In this document: in pieces, positions 11,192 to 25,343 of the stretch
How positions within the stretch are numbered: position 1 is the first letter of the stretch
Layout of the letters: every line of letters starts with the position of its first letter
NCBI GenBank assembly: GCA_963663225.1
Contig: OY760142.1
Span: forward strand, 736,001-800,000
Source of the DNA: Nitrospirota bacterium
GTDB lineage: Bacteria > Nitrospirota > UBA9217
Reading direction: 5' to 3'
Length of the DNA stretch: 64,000 nt
Position numbers and translations under genes: made by a program
The notes under the pieces: generated by a model
Database searches by the model: none
What the model was told of the DNA's origin: nothing
Seen by the model: the letters and a program-made list of their open reading frames with translations, nothing else

Positions 11192-12391
11192 TTATTCAAT
11201 TACTTCCGTGATGACGCCGGCGCCAACGGTTCTGCCGCCTTCACGAATGGCAAAACGAAGCTCCTTGTCCATCGCTATCGGCGTGATAAGTTCCACCGAG
11301 CAGCTCATGTTGTCCCCCGGCATTACCATCTCCACTCCCTCTGCCAGGGTCACAACTCCCGTAACATCCGTCGTCCTAAAGTAAAACTGCGGCCGGTAAC
11401 CCTTGAAAAACGGCGTGTGGCGGCCACCCTCTTCCTTCGTCAGCACATATGCCTCAGCCTTGAACTTCGTATGGGGCGTGATGCTCCCCGGCTTCGCCAA
11501 TACCATGCCGCGCTCCACATCCTCTTTCTTGACTCCTCGCAGCAATACTCCAACGTTGTCGCCGGCCTCGCCCTGGTCCAAAAGCTTCCGGAACATCTCT
11601 ACGCCCGTCACCACCGTCTTCTGCGTCGGCTTGATTCCCACTATCTCGATTTCATCGCTTACCTTGACCACTCCTCGCTCTATACGGCCCGTCACAACGG
11701 TACCGCGGCCCGCAATCGAAAACACGTCTTCAATAGGCATCAGGTACGGCTTGTCTATGTCGCGCTTCGGCTGCGGTACGTAGCTGTCAATGGCGGCCAT
11801 CAACTCAAAAATGCTCTTGTATTCCGCCGCATTCGAATCCTTGCTCTCGCTCTGAAGCGCCTTTAACGCGCTCCCCTTAATAATCGGTGTCTTGTCGCCG
11901 GGGAACTGGTACTTCGACAGCAATTCCCGAATCTCAAGCTCTACCAGCTCGATGAGCTCCGGATCGTCCACCATGTCCACCTTGTTCATGTATACCACGA
12001 TATACGGTACTCCCACCTGACGCGCTAGCAGTATGTGCTCGCGGGTCTGGGGCATCGGTCCGTCCGCCGCGGAAACTACCAGAATCGCTCCGTCCATCTG
12101 AGCTGCGCCGGTGATCATGTTCTTCACATAGTCTGCATGGCCCGGGCAGTCCACATGGGCATAGTGGCGATTCTCTGTCTGGTATTCCACATGCGCCGTC
12201 GCAATGGTAATACCGCGCTCCCGTTCTTCCGGAGCCTTGTCGATATTATCATACGATACAAAGCTCGCCATGTTCTTAAGCGCCAACACCTTCGTGATGG
12301 CTGCTGTCAACGTCGTCTTGCCGTGGTCCACATGTCCAATCGTACCCACGTTCACATGAGGTTTCGTCCTCTCAAATTTTGCCTTCGCCAT
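11192..12391 (-). CDS. tuf: Elongation factor Tu (str-operon copy)
   Basis: [20 protein letters not shown]; downstream of fusA. Confidence 0.99.
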   Translation of the reverse strand: MAKAKFERTKPHVNVGTIGHVDHGKTTLTAAITKVLALKNMASFVSYDNIDKAPEERERGITIATAHVEYQTENRHYAHVDCPGHADYVKNMITGAAQMDGAILVVSAADGPMPQTREHILLARQVGVPYIVVYMNKVDMVDDPELIELVELEIRELLSKYQFPGDKTPIIKGSALKALQSESKDSNAAEYKSIFELMAAIDSYVPQPKRDIDKPYLMPIEDVFSIAGRGTVVTGRIERGVVKVSDEIEIVGIKPTQKTVVTGVEMFRKLLDQGEAGDNVGVLLRGVKKEDVERGMVLAKPGSITPHTKFKAEAYVLTKEEGGRHTPFFKGYRPQFYFRTTDVTGVVTLAEGVEMVMPGDNMSCSVELITPIAMDKELRFAIREGGRTVGAGVITEVIE

Positions 12392-12481
12392 GCTCTCCGC
12401 CTCCTGTCCGGGAAGTGAAAAAAGTAAAAAAATATAATATCCGTAGGCCCTAGCGGCCTACTATGCAGATTATCTTAAAAC

Positions 12482-14578
12482 TTACCTTGTCTTAGCAGTT
12501 TCACCTTTAACTTTTGCAATAATTTGTTCAGAAATATTCTTTGGCACTTCTTCATAATGCTCAAACTGCATAGTATAGGTTGCCCTACCCTGAGTTTTTG
12601 ATCTGATGTCAGTTGCATATCCGAACATCTCGGAGAGCGGCACCTGGGCGGTGATAACCCTGCCTGCTCCTCTGATATTCATACCCTGCACCCGTCCCCG
12701 CCTTGAGTTAAGATCGCCGATGATGTCACCCATATATTCTTCGGGGCAAACCACCTCGACAGCCATGATTGGCTCAAGCAAAACAGGGCTGGCCTTCTGC
12801 GCACCCTCTTTGAACCCCATAGAACCGGCAATTTTAAACGCCATTTCCGAGGAGTCCACGTCGTGATACGATCCATCGACGATTTTCACCTTAATATCAA
12901 CCATTGGATATCCGGCAAGCACGCCGTTTTCCATGGCTTCCTCAATACCCTTCTGCACCGGCGCAATGTATTCTTTGGGTACCGAACCGCCTACAATTTT
13001 GTTTTCGAACTCAAACCCCTTGCCTGGTTCTTGCGGCTCCAACTCAAGAACAACATGTCCGTATTGGCCGCGACCGCCGGTCTGCCGAACATACTTGCCC
13101 TCTGCTGAAACCTTCTTTTTAATCGTTTCACGATACGCAACCTGCGGTTTTCCTACGTTTGCATCCACCTTGAATTCGCGCAGAAGACGATCAACGATAA
13201 TTTCCAAGTGAAGCTCGCCCATCCCCGAAATGATGGTCTGTCCCGTTTCTATATCAGTACGGACCCGAAATGACGGATCTTCCTGCATTAATTTTTGAAG
13301 AGACAAACCTAATTTTTCCTGATCTGCTTTGGTCTTCGGTTCTATGGCAATATGAATCACCGGCTCTGGAAAAGTCATAGCTTCCAGAACAACCGGCTTG
13401 TTTTCATCGCAGAGCGTATGCCCTGTAAGAGTGCTTTTCAAACCAACCGCAGCGCAGATATCACCGGAATAAATTTCCTGAATTTCCTCGCGCTTATTGG
13501 CGTGCATTTTAAGGAGCCTTCCGATACGTTCGCGCACACCTTTAGTAGAGTTGTACACGTATGAACCGGAATTCAGCGTTCCAGAGTATACCCTGATAAA
13601 AGTAAGCTGACCGACAAACGGATCCGTCATGATCTTGAATGCCATGGCCGAAAACGGCTCGGTATCCGAAGCTTTGCGAACATCCTCTTGGTCTGTCTTC
13701 GGATTCATGCCCTTTACCGGAGGAATGTCGACCGGAGAAGGAAGATAGTCTACGACAGCGTCAAGCAGAAGCTGCACACCTTTATTTTTAAACGCCGAAC
13801 CGCAGATGACCGGGAATATTTTCATTGCAATAGTCCCCTTGCGGATCGCTGCCTTAATTTCTTCTTCCGTAGGCTCTTCACCATTCAGGAATTTTTCCAT
13901 CACGGTGTCGTCTACGTCCGATATCGCCTCGATCATTTTTTCGCGATACTCTTTTGCCTTTGGCAGCAAATCAGCGGCAATGTCTTCCACAACGTATTTC
14001 GCGCCAAGAGTTTCGTCGTCGAATAAAACCGACTTCATGGACACCAGATCGACACAGCCACGGAATTTGTCTTCAGCTCCAACCGGGATCTGAATCGGCA
14101 CAGGCTTCGCTCCAAGCCGGTCGATCATACTCTGGACGCTCATGTAGAAATCAGCGCCGATGCGGTCCATTTTGTTCATGAACGCAATACGGGGAACCTG
14201 ATATTTATCAGCCTGACGCCATACTGTTTCCGATTGCGGTTCCACGCCGCTGACGGAATCGAACGCCGCGACAGCACCATCCAGCACGCGTAACGAACGC
14301 TCCACCTCAATAGTAAAATCAACGTGCCCCGGGGTGTCAATGATGTTGATGCGCTTGTCCTTCCAAAAACAGGTTGTCGCAGCAGAGGTGATAGTAATGC
14401 CGCGCTCCTGCTCCTGCACCATCCAGTCCATGACCGCAGTACCGTCATGCACCTCGCCGATTTTGTATGAGACACCGGTATAGTAAAGAATACGCTCTGT
14501 TGTCGTTGTCTTACCGGCATCAATATGCGCCATAATGCCGATATTGCGTGTATTTTCTAATGAATACTGCCTAGCCAA
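12482..14578 (-). CDS. fusA: Elongation factor G
   Basis: [23 protein letters not shown]; TTG start with GGAGG RBS. Confidence 0.99.
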   Translation of the reverse strand: MARQYSLENTRNIGIMAHIDAGKTTTTERILYYTGVSYKIGEVHDGTAVMDWMVQEQERGITITSAATTCFWKDKRINIIDTPGHVDFTIEVERSLRVLDGAVAAFDSVSGVEPQSETVWRQADKYQVPRIAFMNKMDRIGADFYMSVQSMIDRLGAKPVPIQIPVGAEDKFRGCVDLVSMKSVLFDDETLGAKYVVEDIAADLLPKAKEYREKMIEAISDVDDTVMEKFLNGEEPTEEEIKAAIRKGTIAMKIFPVICGSAFKNKGVQLLLDAVVDYLPSPVDIPPVKGMNPKTDQEDVRKASDTEPFSAMAFKIMTDPFVGQLTFIRVYSGTLNSGSYVYNSTKGVRERIGRLLKMHANKREEIQEIYSGDICAAVGLKSTLTGHTLCDENKPVVLEAMTFPEPVIHIAIEPKTKADQEKLGLSLQKLMQEDPSFRVRTDIETGQTIISGMGELHLEIIVDRLLREFKVDANVGKPQVAYRETIKKKVSAEGKYVRQTGGRGQYGHVVLELEPQEPGKGFEFENKIVGGSVPKEYIAPVQKGIEEAMENGVLAGYPMVDIKVKIVDGSYHDVDSSEMAFKIAGSMGFKEGAQKASPVLLEPIMAVEVVCPEEYMGDIIGDLNSRRGRVQGMNIRGAGRVITAQVPLSEMFGYATDIRSKTQGRATYTMQFEHYEEVPKNISEQIIAKVKGETAKTR

Positions 14579-14605
14579 AACTCCCTCCGCTCCTTCGTAA
14601 ACACC

Positions 14606-15076
14606 CTACCAGCGATAGTGGGCGAAGGCTTTGTTGGCCTCTGCCATGCGGTGTACGTCTTCTCTTTTCTTTACAGCCGCCCCGGTATTGTTCGAGGCAT
14701 CAAGTATTTCTCCGGCAAGCTTTTCAACCATTGATTTTTCCGGACGCTGCGATGCATACAGCCGAAGCCAGCGGTACGCAAGTGACATCCTGCGCGGCTG
14801 CTTGACTTCGATAGGAACCTGATATGAAGCACCGCCGACCCTGCGCGATTTGACTTCCAATGTAGGCTTCAGATTCTCAATGGCCTTCTTAAATATAGCA
14901 ATAGGATCGCTATTTGTCTTTTCCTGAATCCGATCGAGCGCCTTGTAGCAGATGGCCTCTGCCGTGCTCTTCTTGCCTTTGCGCATAAGCACATTCACAA
15001 ACTTTGCCAGCATTTTGCTGTTATATTTCGGATCAGGCAATGCTTCTCTTTTTACAACGACGCTTTTTCTTGGCAT
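14606..15076 (-). CDS. rpsG: 30S ribosomal protein S7
   Basis: [24 protein letters not shown]. Confidence 0.99.
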   Translation of the reverse strand: MPRKSVVVKREALPDPKYNSKMLAKFVNVLMRKGKKSTAEAICYKALDRIQEKTNSDPIAIFKKAIENLKPTLEVKSRRVGGASYQVPIEVKQPRRMSLAYRWLRLYASQRPEKSMVEKLAGEILDASNNTGAAVKKREDVHRMAEANKAFAHYRW

Positions 15077-15125
15077 ATCGGTTTTACCTACTCCCTAAAA
15101 ACTTCAATACATTCGACCTCAAAAC

Positions 15126-15497
15126 CTATTTAGGACGCTTCGCACCATATTTGGAACGGCCTTGTTTGCGATTCGCAACCCCAACCGTATCAAGCGTTCC
15201 TCTCACAATATGATAACGCACCCCAGGCAAGTCCTTCACTCTGCCGCCGCGAATAAGCACAATGGAGTGCTCCTGAAGATTATGCCCGACTCCCGGAATA
15301 TAGCTGGTTACTTCCATTCCATTCGTAAGCCTCACTCTTGCCACTTTTCGGAGAGCGGAGTTTGGCTTCTTTGGGGTGGTGGTATAGACCCTGATACAAA
15401 CCCCCCGTTTCTGCGGGCAACTCTTCAGGGCTGGGCTTTTAGTCTTACTGGCAGCTAATGTTCTGCCTTTTCTGACCAGTTGGCTTATCGTCGGCAC
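15126..15497 (-). CDS. rpsL: 30S ribosomal protein S12
   Basis: [20 protein letters not shown]. Confidence 0.99.
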   Translation of the reverse strand: MPTISQLVRKGRTLAASKTKSPALKSCPQKRGVCIRVYTTTPKKPNSALRKVARVRLTNGMEVTSYIPGVGHNLQEHSIVLIRGGRVKDLPGVRYHIVRGTLDTVGVANRKQGRSKYGAKRPK

Positions 15498-15561
15498 GGA
15501 AAATACTCCTTAAAATCATTTATATAGCAAACATAAAGAAAAGTTGAGTCAAAACCCGGTG

Positions 15562-15590
15562 ATTATAACTATTTACTGACCACTTGTCAA
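15562..15590 (-). promoter_or_regulatory. sigma70 promoter of rpsL (str operon)
   Basis: Minus strand TTGACA-N17-TATAAT, perfect consensus, ~65 nt upstream of rpsL. Confidence 0.85.
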
Positions 15591-15653
15591 GGTTTTTTTT
15601 AGTTGCATTTTAGAGCAATATCTCTGCTCAATGACAATTATATGTGCACATTG

Positions 15654-18600
15654 CTAGTTTTGCTCGGCTGTCTGCTGTGTTTCCTCCTCAACGGCGACAT
15701 AGGTGTTTCTATACTCGGTCATGCCTGTTCCTGCAGGAATCAGTCTGCCCATAATCACATTTTCTTTTAATCCGGCAAGCTCATCCACTGCACCCGTAAT
15801 AGAAGCCTCAGTCAGCACCCGAGTGGTCTCCTGGAATGACGCCGCAGAAATAAAGCTGTCCGTGGTAAGGGAGGCCTTGGTGATGCCAAGAAGTATCGGT
15901 CGCGCGGTCGCGGGCTTGCCGCCGTTTGCAATCACCGCTTCATTTTCCTTTGAAAACGCAAATCGATCCACCTGCTCTCCGATGAGGAATGAGGTATCTC
16001 CTGCATCTTCGATCCTGACCTTGCGCAGCATCTGGCGGACAATAACCTCAATGTGTTTGTCATTGATACTCACACCCTGGAGACGATAAACCTGTTGCAC
16101 CTCATCAACAAGGTACTTCTGGAGTTCTCTCGGACCAAGCACGCTCAGAATATCATGGGGATCAATCGGACCGTCCATAAGAGGCTCCCCGGCCGTTACC
16201 CAATCGCCTTCGTGCACATTAACGTGCTTGCCTTTCGGGATCAGATATTCCTTTTCATTCCCCATGCCATCCTTTACAAGGATACGGCGCATGCCCTTCA
16301 CAAATCCACCAAACTCCACGGTTCCATCAATTTCACTGATAATCGCCTGTTCCTTCGGTTTTCTCGCTTCAAACAGTTCGGCCACTCTCGGAAGACCGCC
16401 GGTAATGTCCTTTGTTTTGGTCGTTTCACGCGGAATTTTAACCAGAATATCACCCGGGAATATCTCATCACCCTTATCAACAAGAATATGCGCACCAGCA
16501 GGCAATAAGTAGCGGGCGACCACATTGCTCCCCGGCAGTTTCGCCGTCTTGCCGTGCTGATCCTTAATCGAAATCCTCGGACGGAGATTCTGGTTCGGGT
16601 AATCAATAATAACCTTGCGCGACAAGCCGGTAATCTCGTCGACCTCTTCCCTCATAGTGACGCCTTCGATAACATCGCCAAAAGCAATTTTCCCGCCTAT
16701 TTCCGTAAGGATAGGCAATGAATAAGGATCCCACTCTACAAGTTTTTGGGCGATATCAGCCTTTTGTCCATCCGCCACTTTGATGCGGGCACCGTAAATT
16801 ACTGCGTACTTTTCCTTCTCACGACCGGTGTCATCATAGATAGCGATACTTCCGCTTCTCGACATGGCTACATAGTCGCCTTCTTTGTTTTTCACGGTGT
16901 TCAGGTTGATATATTTTACGATACCTGAATTTTTCGCCTCAAGAACGGTCTGCTCGACAACCTTACTTGCTGTACCGCCGATATGGAACGTTCTCATCGT
17001 AAGCTGAGTGCCCGGCTCGCCGATAGACTGGGCGGCAATAATACCTATGGCTTCGCCGATTTCCACCAGTTTTCCGCGGCCGAGATCGCGGCCATAGCAC
17101 ATTTTACATACCCCACGCAGGGACTGACACGTGAGGACCGAGCGGATCTTGATTCGATCAATGCCCGCCTCTTCAATCTTTTTGACGAGATCTTCGTTAA
17201 TTTCTCTATGCGTCCCGGCAATAACTTCCTTCGTGATGGGGTCCTTAATATCCTCTGCGGCAACACGGCCGAGAATACGCTCTGACAGCGGCTCAATGAT
17301 TTCTCCGCCTTCCACAAGCGAGCCAACGATAATACCGTCCGACGTGCCGCAGTCATCCTGCGTAATGATCACATCCTGTGAAACATCAACAAGTCTGCGG
17401 GTAAGATATCCGGAGTTTGCCGTTTTGAGCGCTGTATCGGCAAGTCCTTTGCGCGCACCGTGGGTCGAAATAAAATACTGCAACACAGTGAGGCCTTCGC
17501 GGAAGTTGGCGGTAATCGGAGTTTCAATGATTTCTCCCGACGGTTTCGCCATAAGACCGCGCATTCCGGCAAGCTGCCTGATCTGCTGGGTGCTGCCGCG
17601 TGCGCCCGAATCGGCCATCATGAAAATATTATTGAATGAACGGGCTTCCTGCAGCTCCGATTTTTTGGCATCTCCGAGTTCAACCGCTTCCATGCCGAGT
17701 TCACCCATCATTTCGTCGGCTATCTTCTCGGTTACATTAGCCCATATATCGATTTCCTTGTTGTAGCGCTCGCCGTTTGTGATTAATCCTTCGGTATACT
17801 GGTGATGGATTTCCATCACTTCTTTTTGGGCCTGGTCGATAAACTTCTGTTTTTTGCTCGGAATATGCATGTCGGAGATGCAAATAGATATACCTGCACG
17901 CGTGGCAAACTTGAATCCCATTTCCTTCAGATCGTCAATAAGGACAACGGTGCGCCTGAGTCCCAGTTTCCGGTAGCATTCGTCAATGAGTTTGGCCAGT
18001 TCCTTCTTGTTCATCTCTTTGTTCACTGAAGAGAAGGGAATACCTTCCGGCAATATTTCACTGAAAAGAACTCTTCCGATCGTGGTTTCTTCTATTTTTC
18101 CGTTTATCCGGACTTTAACGCGGGCGTGAATTTCGGCCTCGCGCTGATCATAGGCAATACGGACCTCTTCCCGGCTCGAGAAGATTTTCCCCTCTCCCAA
18201 CGCGCCCGAACGAACCTTGGTGAGATAATAGCAACCGAGCACAATGTCCTGAGACGGCACCGTAATAGGCCGTCCGTTTGCCGGAGAAAGAATATTGTTG
18301 ACCGAAAGCATAAGCACTCTCGCCTCAAGCTGGGCTTCTACCGAGAGGGGTATGTGAACGGCCATTTGGTCGCCGTCAAAATCGGCATTGAACGCTGCGC
18401 ACACAAGGGGATGGAGCCGGATGGCCTTGCCTTCCACAAGTATGGGGTCAAAAGCCTGAATGCCCAAGCGATGGAGCGTCGGAGCCCGGTTGAGCAGGAC
18501 CGGATGCTCCTGGATGACCTCCTCCAGCACGTCCCAAACTTCCGGCCGTTCACGCTCAATCATCTTTTTTGCGCTTTTTATTGTTGTTGCATAGCCTTTT

Positions 18601-19793
18601 TCGTCAAGCTTGTTAAAAATAAACGGCTTAAACAGCTCAAGCGCCATTTTTTTCGGCAAACCGCACTGATGGAGTTTAAGGTCGGGACCGACCACAATAA
18701 CGGAACGTCCGGAATAGTCAACGCGTTTACCGAGCAAATTCTGACGAAATCTGCCTTGCTTGCCTTTCAGCATGTCTGAGAGGGACTTGAGCGGTCTTTT
18801 ATTCGGTCCGCGAAGGACCCGTCCGCGCCGGCCGTTATCAAAAAGCGCATCCACCGCTTCTTGCAGCATCCGCTTTTCATTTCTGACAATAACAGACGGC
18901 GCCTTGAGTTCTTCAAGTCGCCTGAGGCGGTTGTTTCTGTTGATAACACGGCGGTAGAGATCATTTAAATCAGATGTTGCGAAACGCCCCCCTTCCAGCG
19001 GAACAAGAGGACGCAGTTCCGGCGGTATCACGGGAATAACATCAAGAATCATCCACTCAGGCTTATTGCCGGACTTACGGAAGGACTCGATGACCTTGAG
19101 CCGTTTCGTCAATTTTTTCTTTGTGGCCATTGATGTAGCGGTATCGATCTTGCCTCTGATTTCGACGGATTCACTTTCCAGATCAATGGCTTTGAGCATT
19201 TCGCGAATTGCCTCTGCGCCCATGCCCGCTTTGAACGATCCGGGGCCGAATTCCGTCTGTATCTTGCGGAATTTTTCCTCGGTAAGGAGCTCTTTAACCT
19301 TCAGCGGGGTATCGCCGGGATCAACCACCACATAACTTTCAAAATACAGGACCTTTTCGAGTTGACGAAGGGTCATATCAAGAAGTGTTCCGATGCGGCT
19401 CGGCAGTCCTTTCAGAAACCAAATATGAGCGACCGGCGAAGAAAGTTCTATATGTCCCATGCGCTCACGGCGAACTTTGGACTGAATCACCTCGACGCCG
19501 CATTTATCGCAGACAATGCCGCGGTGTTTCATTCTCTTGTATTTTCCGCAGAGGCATTCCCAGTCTTTAATAGGCCCGAATATTTTTGCGCAAAAAAGGC
19601 CGTCTCGTTCCGGTTTAAAGGAACGATAATTAATGGTTTCAGGTTTTTTGACTTCACCATATGACCATTCTTTAATGCGTTCGGGCGAAGCGATTTTTAT
19701 GCGCATTGCGTCAAAGCTGATATCTTTTGGTTTTTCAAACAAGTTTATGACATCCGCTCTGGCCTTGTTTTCAGACAGTTGTTTTTCTTCCAC
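15654..19793 (-). CDS. rpoC: RNA polymerase beta' subunit
   Basis: NADFDGD catalytic motif, N-terminal Zn finger. Confidence 0.99.
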   Translation of the reverse strand: MEEKQLSENKARADVINLFEKPKDISFDAMRIKIASPERIKEWSYGEVKKPETINYRSFKPERDGLFCAKIFGPIKDWECLCGKYKRMKHRGIVCDKCGVEVIQSKVRRERMGHIELSSPVAHIWFLKGLPSRIGTLLDMTLRQLEKVLYFESYVVVDPGDTPLKVKELLTEEKFRKIQTEFGPGSFKAGMGAEAIREMLKAIDLESESVEIRGKIDTATSMATKKKLTKRLKVIESFRKSGNKPEWMILDVIPVIPPELRPLVPLEGGRFATSDLNDLYRRVINRNNRLRRLEELKAPSVIVRNEKRMLQEAVDALFDNGRRGRVLRGPNKRPLKSLSDMLKGKQGRFRQNLLGKRVDYSGRSVIVVGPDLKLHQCGLPKKMALELFKPFIFNKLDEKGYATTIKSAKKMIERERPEVWDVLEEVIQEHPVLLNRAPTLHRLGIQAFDPILVEGKAIRLHPLVCAAFNADFDGDQMAVHIPLSVEAQLEARVLMLSVNNILSPANGRPITVPSQDIVLGCYYLTKVRSGALGEGKIFSSREEVRIAYDQREAEIHARVKVRINGKIEETTIGRVLFSEILPEGIPFSSVNKEMNKKELAKLIDECYRKLGLRRTVVLIDDLKEMGFKFATRAGISICISDMHIPSKKQKFIDQAQKEVMEIHHQYTEGLITNGERYNKEIDIWANVTEKIADEMMGELGMEAVELGDAKKSELQEARSFNNIFMMADSGARGSTQQIRQLAGMRGLMAKPSGEIIETPITANFREGLTVLQYFISTHGARKGLADTALKTANSGYLTRRLVDVSQDVIITQDDCGTSDGIIVGSLVEGGEIIEPLSERILGRVAAEDIKDPITKEVIAGTHREINEDLVKKIEEAGIDRIKIRSVLTCQSLRGVCKMCYGRDLGRGKLVEIGEAIGIIAAQSIGEPGTQLTMRTFHIGGTASKVVEQTVLEAKNSGIVKYINLNTVKNKEGDYVAMSRSGSIAIYDDTGREKEKYAVIYGARIKVADGQKADIAQKLVEWDPYSLPILTEIGGKIAFGDVIEGVTMREEVDEITGLSRKVIIDYPNQNLRPRISIKDQHGKTAKLPGSNVVARYLLPAGAHILVDKGDEIFPGDILVKIPRETTKTKDITGGLPRVAELFEARKPKEQAIISEIDGTVEFGGFVKGMRRILVKDGMGNEKEYLIPKGKHVNVHEGDWVTAGEPLMDGPIDPHDILSVLGPRELQKYLVDEVQQVYRLQGVSINDKHIEVIVRQMLRKVRIEDAGDTSFLIGEQVDRFAFSKENEAVIANGGKPATARPILLGITKASLTTDSFISAASFQETTRVLTEASITGAVDELAGLKENVIMGRLIPAGTGMTEYRNTYVAVEEETQQTAEQN

Positions 19794-19914
19794 AGAGGAC
19801 CTCCATTAATCAACCAAATCTCACGTTCAAGCAAACCAATGATGTATGCAGTCGCACAAGCGTTTGTCAGTCTGTGAGAATTACAGTTTGAAACTTTTTT
19901 CCTCTACCGTTACC

Positions 19915-22900
19915 TCATCTTGCCGAGGAAATTTTTTCCAGTCCGATAACTCGTTCTTTCTCGTTCTTGCGCTCAATAAGTTCTACATCCAAACACAAGC
20001 TTTGAAGCTCTTTGATCAACACATAAAAGGATTCCGGTAATCCGGGTTCCAGAGTATTTTCACCTTTTACAATGGCCTCGTATATTTTCGCTCTTCCCGA
20101 GACATCGTCCGATTTTACCGTAAGAAATTCCTGGAGGCAGTAGGCGGCACCATACGCCTGAAGCGCCCAGACTTCCATTTCTCCCAATCGCTGGCCTCCG
20201 AATTGAGCTTTTCCTCCGAGGGGCTGCTGGGTCACCAGGGAATAAGGTCCTATGGAGCGTGCATGCAGCTTGTCATCGACGAGATGATGCAGCTTCAGCA
20301 TGTACATGTATCCCACAGTAACCGGTTTATCAAAAGCCTCTCCGGTCCGCCCATCATAAAGTACGGACTGGCCCGTAACCGGAAGCTTCGCATCTTTCAG
20401 CAGAGAGCGGACCCGTTCTTCGGTCGCGCCGTCGAATACCGGTGTCGCAACGTGCAAACCGAGTGCTTTCGCCGCCCATCCCAGATGCGTCTCCAGTATC
20501 TGGCCCACATTCATACGCGACGGCACACCGAGCGGGTTCAGGACAATTTCGACAGGGGTGCCATCCGGAAGATATGGCATATCTTCTTCAGGCACAATCC
20601 TCGAAACCACACCCTTGTTGCCGTGCCTTCCTGCCATTTTATCTCCTACGGAGAGCTTTCGTTTCATGGCGACATATACTTTTACGAGCTTTACAACGCC
20701 GGGCGGCAGATCATCTCCGCGCTTCAGCCTGCCGATTTTTTCATCGTAAATGGCTTCCAGAATGCCGAGCTGATTCTCCGAGCTGTCCAAAATTTCCTGA
20801 AGCTTTGCGGGATAATCATCCGATTCTACCTTGATTTTTGCGTAATCCTTTTCCGGCACCTTATCAAGAATTTCAACCGTTATTTTCTTTCCTTTTGCGA
20901 GCTCGGTTTTTCCTGTTTTCGAATTGACGACCTTATCCGCGGCAGTTTTCCCTATAAGGATCCGGCGTATCCGTTTATACCGGTCCTCTTTCAGCGCGCG
21001 CATTTCATCCTGATATTCCTTCTGAAGCCGCGAGATTTCCTCGCTCTCCTGAGTTTTCAGCCGTTCATTTTTGTCTTCTCCTTTGCGGGAGAAAACCTTG
21101 ACATCAATTACCGTTCCTTCGATGCCCGGCGGTGCATACAGCGAAGCGTCGCGCACGTCACCGGCCTTCTCTCCGAAAATGGCGCGAAGCAGCTTTTCCT
21201 CCGGAGTAAGTTGCGTCTCGCCTTTCGGGGTCACCTTGCCGATGAGAATATCGCTGGGCATTACTTCAGCGCCGATACGAATAATTCCGTTTTCGTCGAG
21301 GTTGCGCAGCGTTTCTTCTCCCAAATTCGGGATGTCGCGCGTAATTTCTTCCTTGCCGAGTTTGGTGTCTCGCGCCTCGATCTCAAATTCCTCGATATGG
21401 ATGGAAGTATAGCGGTCTTCTTTTACCAATCGTTCGCTGATGATGATGGCATCCTCGTAGTTGTAGCCGCTCCACGGCATGAACGCCACGAGAACATTTT
21501 GTCCAAGGGCGAGTTCGCCAAGGTCCGTAGCAGGCCCATCGGTAATTACCTGTCCTTTTTTCACCTTATCGCCCACGCGGACGATTGGTTTCTGATTCAT
21601 GCAGGTATTTTGATTGGACCGATAAAATTTCGTCAAAGGGTAATTGTCAATGACCGTCTTTCCCTTGGCATCTTCGCCCTTCACGGTGATCCGGGTCGAA
21701 TCCACGGCTTCTACCATACCGTCGCGTTTTGCTGCGACAATGGCTCCTGAGTCCCGTGCGGCAACCCGTTCCATACCGGTACCGACAACCGGTGCTTGCG
21801 GCCGGAGAAGCGGCACTGCCTGTCGCTGCATGTTTGAGCCCATCAGCGCACGGTTCGCGTCATCATTTTCAAGGAATGGAATCAGCGCTGCAGAGACTGA
21901 AACGATCTGCTTTGGCGAAACATCCATGAACTGAACTTCTTCCGCGCTCACCAATTTGAATTCACCGCCGACGCGCGCCGACACGCTGTCAACGGCAATT
22001 TTCCCTCTGCCGTCGATTGGCGTATTGGCCTGAGCTATCACGTAATTCTCGCCATCCACAGCCGAAAGATATTCTATTTCATCCGTTACCTTGCCCGCCT
22101 TGACTTCCCGGTAGGGCGCTTCGATAAAGCCATAATCGTTCACGCGGGCATATGTTGCGAGTGAAACAATAAGTCCGATGTTCGGACCTTCCGGGGTTTC
22201 AATAGGACAAATCCTGCCGTAATGGGTCGTGTGCACGTCGCGGACCTCAAACCCTGCCCGCTCGCGGGTAAGACCGCCTGGTCCCAGAGCGGACAATCTG
22301 CGTTTGTGCGTAATCTCCGCCAAGGGGTTTGTCTGATCCATAAACTGGGAAAGCTGGCTTGATCCGAAAAATTCCTTGATGGTTGCAATCACCGGTTTGG
22401 GATTGATAATATCGTGCGGCATAAGCGCATCGATGTCTTGAAGGCTCATCCGCTCCTTGATGGCGCGCTCCATACGCGCGAGACCGACCCGAATTTGATT
22501 TTCGAGCAGTTCCCCGACGGATCGCACGCGGCGGTTTCCCAGATGATCGATATCATCCACTTCGCCCTTGCCCGTTCTGAGATTGATAAGGTAGCGGATC
22601 ACTTCGACTACATCCTGGGCGGTAAGCGTTGTTTTTTCAATCGCGATGTCCAACTTCAGTTTTTTATTAAGCTTCAGCCGGCCTACATTTGAAAGATCAT
22701 AGCGCTTCGCATTGAAAAACATGCTGGAAAACAAGTTTCTCGCCATGTCCACCGTCGGTGGCTCTCCAGGCCGCATCTTGCGGTAGATTTCGAGCAGCGC
22801 TTCATCCGGCGTCTGGACCTTGTCGGACAGCAGCGTATCGCGAATGGCGCCGATTACGTGGATACCGTCCATGTAAATCACTTCAATCTTTTCCACTTTT

Positions 22901-23907
22901 GTGGACACGATACGGGTCAGGAAGGCTTCCGTAATCTTCTCGTTTGCAGGAAGAAGCACTTCGCCGGTCTCTGGATCCACTACGTCGCGGAGCACCACGC
23001 GGTCAATCAACTCCTCACGGGGAATGGGAATTTCCGTGATTCCGGCCGCCTCCATTTTTTTGACGGCCAGGCGTGTAATCTTAGCGCCTTCCTTGACAAT
23101 TTGCTCACGGGTGTTCTTATCGGTAAGCGTAATGGGAGACTTCATGCCTGCCAGAACATCTGCATGAATGCTGCGCGTGAAGCCTTCCTTTTTTATCCGG
23201 ATATCTTCGATGGGATAATACATGCGAAGCAAATCTTCGTTGGAATAGCCGAAAGCCTTGAGAAGAATAGTGGCCGGTATTTTTCTTCTCCTGTCGATTC
23301 TTACATAGACAATGTCCTTGACGTCGAACTCAAAATCGAGCCAAGACCCCCGGTAAGGAATAATGCGGGCTGAATAGAGTATCTTGCCGCTTGCATGGGT
23401 TCTGCCTTTATCGTGCGTGAAAAACGCACCGGGAGAACGATGAAGCTGGCTTACGACCACGCGCTCGGTCCCGTTAACGATAAATGTTCCGGTTTCCGTC
23501 ATAAGCGGCAGGTCGCCGACATATACTTCCTGCTCTTTAATGTCCTTTACCCGTTTGGTGGCTGTCTGTTCGTCTTTTTCGAAAAAAACCAGCCGTGTTT
23601 TGATTTTAAGCGGTGCCGCATAGGTAGCTCCGCGCTGCAGACACTCCCAGATGCTGTACTTGGGATCCCCAAGAGAGTAGCCCAGGTAATCAACCATTGC
23701 GGTCTCATTGAAGTCGTAAATGGGAAATACACTTTTAAATGCGGCTTGAAGCCCCATGTCTTTTCGTTTTTCCGAAGCCGCTTCCTTCTGAAGAAAGAAA
23801 TCATATGACCGCTTCTGAATTTCAATAAGATCAGGGATATCAAGAATTGTAGGAATTTTTGAAAAATCTTTCCGTTCGCGAACAAATTCTTTTTTTTCCT
23901 TAGACAT
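19915..23907 (-). CDS. rpoB: RNA polymerase beta subunit
   Basis: [21 protein letters not shown]; start set at MSKEKK after GAGG RBS. Confidence 0.99.
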   Translation of the reverse strand: MSKEKKEFVRERKDFSKIPTILDIPDLIEIQKRSYDFFLQKEAASEKRKDMGLQAAFKSVFPIYDFNETAMVDYLGYSLGDPKYSIWECLQRGATYAAPLKIKTRLVFFEKDEQTATKRVKDIKEQEVYVGDLPLMTETGTFIVNGTERVVVSQLHRSPGAFFTHDKGRTHASGKILYSARIIPYRGSWLDFEFDVKDIVYVRIDRRRKIPATILLKAFGYSNEDLLRMYYPIEDIRIKKEGFTRSIHADVLAGMKSPITLTDKNTREQIVKEGAKITRLAVKKMEAAGITEIPIPREELIDRVVLRDVVDPETGEVLLPANEKITEAFLTRIVSTKVEKIEVIYMDGIHVIGAIRDTLLSDKVQTPDEALLEIYRKMRPGEPPTVDMARNLFSSMFFNAKRYDLSNVGRLKLNKKLKLDIAIEKTTLTAQDVVEVIRYLINLRTGKGEVDDIDHLGNRRVRSVGELLENQIRVGLARMERAIKERMSLQDIDALMPHDIINPKPVIATIKEFFGSSQLSQFMDQTNPLAEITHKRRLSALGPGGLTRERAGFEVRDVHTTHYGRICPIETPEGPNIGLIVSLATYARVNDYGFIEAPYREVKAGKVTDEIEYLSAVDGENYVIAQANTPIDGRGKIAVDSVSARVGGEFKLVSAEEVQFMDVSPKQIVSVSAALIPFLENDDANRALMGSNMQRQAVPLLRPQAPVVGTGMERVAARDSGAIVAAKRDGMVEAVDSTRITVKGEDAKGKTVIDNYPLTKFYRSNQNTCMNQKPIVRVGDKVKKGQVITDGPATDLGELALGQNVLVAFMPWSGYNYEDAIIISERLVKEDRYTSIHIEEFEIEARDTKLGKEEITRDIPNLGEETLRNLDENGIIRIGAEVMPSDILIGKVTPKGETQLTPEEKLLRAIFGEKAGDVRDASLYAPPGIEGTVIDVKVFSRKGEDKNERLKTQESEEISRLQKEYQDEMRALKEDRYKRIRRILIGKTAADKVVNSKTGKTELAKGKKITVEILDKVPEKDYAKIKVESDDYPAKLQEILDSSENQLGILEAIYDEKIGRLKRGDDLPPGVVKLVKVYVAMKRKLSVGDKMAGRHGNKGVVSRIVPEEDMPYLPDGTPVEIVLNPLGVPSRMNVGQILETHLGWAAKALGLHVATPVFDGATEERVRSLLKDAKLPVTGQSVLYDGRTGEAFDKPVTVGYMYMLKLHHLVDDKLHARSIGPYSLVTQQPLGGKAQFGGQRLGEMEVWALQAYGAAYCLQEFLTVKSDDVSGRAKIYEAIVKGENTLEPGLPESFYVLIKELQSLCLDVELIERKNEKERVIGLEKISSAR

Positions 23908-24051
23908 GCTCACACCTCTCAGGCAGCGTAAAATACAAAATGAAAAATGCAAACAGAAAAAAACATAAAATTGCGGCCGTTCTCTTTACATTTTTTATTT
24001 TGTGTTTCATGAAATCAATGGTTTCTGTAGTCTCCGCGCACTATATCCATA

Positions 24052-24100
24052 AACGCAAAAAGTCCTCTGCCCTTCGGACCAACGCCGAAGGGCAAGGACT
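24052..24100 (-). terminator. rplL-rpoB intergenic attenuator/terminator
   Basis: Minus strand AGTCCTTGCCCTTCGG-loop-CCGAAGGGCAGAGGACT followed by TTTTGCGTTT. Confidence 0.75.
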
Positions 24101-24123
24101 CAAAACAAAAAACTGTCTGTATC

Positions 24124-24507
24124 TTACTTTACCTCGACGGTGGCACCCGCTTCGGTAAGTTTCTTTTTCATGTTTTCTGCATCTTCCTTTGAAACACCTG
24201 TTTTCACAGGCTTGGGTGCTCCCTCCACCAAGTCCTTTGCTTCTTTCAGGCCAAGTCCGGTAAGTTCGCGTACCACTTTAATCACATTGATTTTCTGGGC
24301 GCCGGCATTTGCCAGAATGACGTCAAAAGCCGTCTTCTCTTCCGCCGCTGCGCCGCCTGCTGCCGCGCCCGCCGCACCCGCTGCCGCTATAGCCACAGGC
24401 GCTGCTGCTGAAACACCCCACTTCTCCTCAAGCATTTTGCTGAGTTCTGCTGCTTCAAGAACGGTCAGGCCGCTCAGTTCATCAACCAATTTTGCTAAAT
24501 CTGCCAT
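24124..24507 (-). CDS. rplL: 50S ribosomal protein L7/L12
   Basis: Ala-rich hinge, [12 protein letters not shown]. Confidence 0.99.
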   Translation of the reverse strand: MADLAKLVDELSGLTVLEAAELSKMLEEKWGVSAAAPVAIAAAGAAGAAAGGAAAEEKTAFDVILANAGAQKINVIKVVRELTGLGLKEAKDLVEGAPKPVKTGVSKEDAENMKKKLTEAGATVEVK

Positions 24508-24560
24508 TGAATTATCCTCCTAGAACCTGGTTATCTTTTAAGTTATCTGGGATTGCGTCT

Positions 24561-25073
24561 TTATCCTTTGTCTGCTTTTGCTTGTATGATTCGCGCCACC
24601 TGGCCTGCAGGTGCTGCAAGCGTACCAACAATTCTTGATGCAGGTGCCTGGAGAAGTCCAATAATCTTCCCCCGCAGTACATTAAGAGGCGGCAACGTTG
24701 CCAGCGCCTTGATATCAGCCGGCTGAAGCAGTTTTCCGTCGAGTATCCCGATTTTCAGTTGAAGTTTTGCCTGTGTTTTATTGAAATCAAAAAGTACTCG
24801 TGCAGGTGCAACAACATCATCATAGCTGAGCGCAATTCCCACGGGACCGACAAAATGATCTTTGAGCGGTTCAAGGCTGGTGCCCTCTGCCGCTTTTCTG
24901 GCCAGTGTGTTCTTTACCACTCGGTATTCAACCTGTGCCTTGCGCAACTTTGACCGCATGTCCGTGATCTGTTCCACATTAATACCGGCGTATTCCGTAA
25001 TAATTGCGGACTTGGCGCGTGCAAATTTTTCGTGCAGTACATCGGCTGCTTCTTGTTTTTCCTGCTTGTTCAC
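24561..25073 (-). CDS. rplJ: 50S ribosomal protein L10
   Basis: YRVVKNTLA; between rplA and rplL. Confidence 0.98.
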   Translation of the reverse strand: MNKQEKQEAADVLHEKFARAKSAIITEYAGINVEQITDMRSKLRKAQVEYRVVKNTLARKAAEGTSLEPLKDHFVGPVGIALSYDDVVAPARVLFDFNKTQAKLQLKIGILDGKLLQPADIKALATLPPLNVLRGKIIGLLQAPASRIVGTLAAPAGQVARIIQAKADKG

Positions 25074-25159
25074 TGAGCCCTCCTTTCTTTCAAGAGTTCC
25101 TGATGATCCGCCCGGAAATCTTAAAAGAAAGCGGCATTGCGTGCGTTCTTTTTTACCCG

Positions 25160-25228
25160 GGTCTCGGCAGGCCCCGCTTCAGGAATTAAGCTGAAAGAAA
25201 AATTTTTCAGCGCCTGCTGTCTCGGACC
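25160..25228 (-). promoter_or_regulatory. L10 leader (L10/L12 autoregulatory RNA)
   Basis: Minus strand CCGAGACAGCAGG...CTTAA...CCTGCCGAGAC resembles the L10_leader pattern, upstream of rplJ. Confidence 0.75.
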
Positions 25229-25343
25229 GCATCTCTGTTTTTTTCAGAGATCGACCATTATCTGTTAAATTTTATATTTTTTATGGTGTAGCAAATCGCG
25301 TTGTAAACGGCGATATACAATTACTTGGTTCCAGCAAATGGAA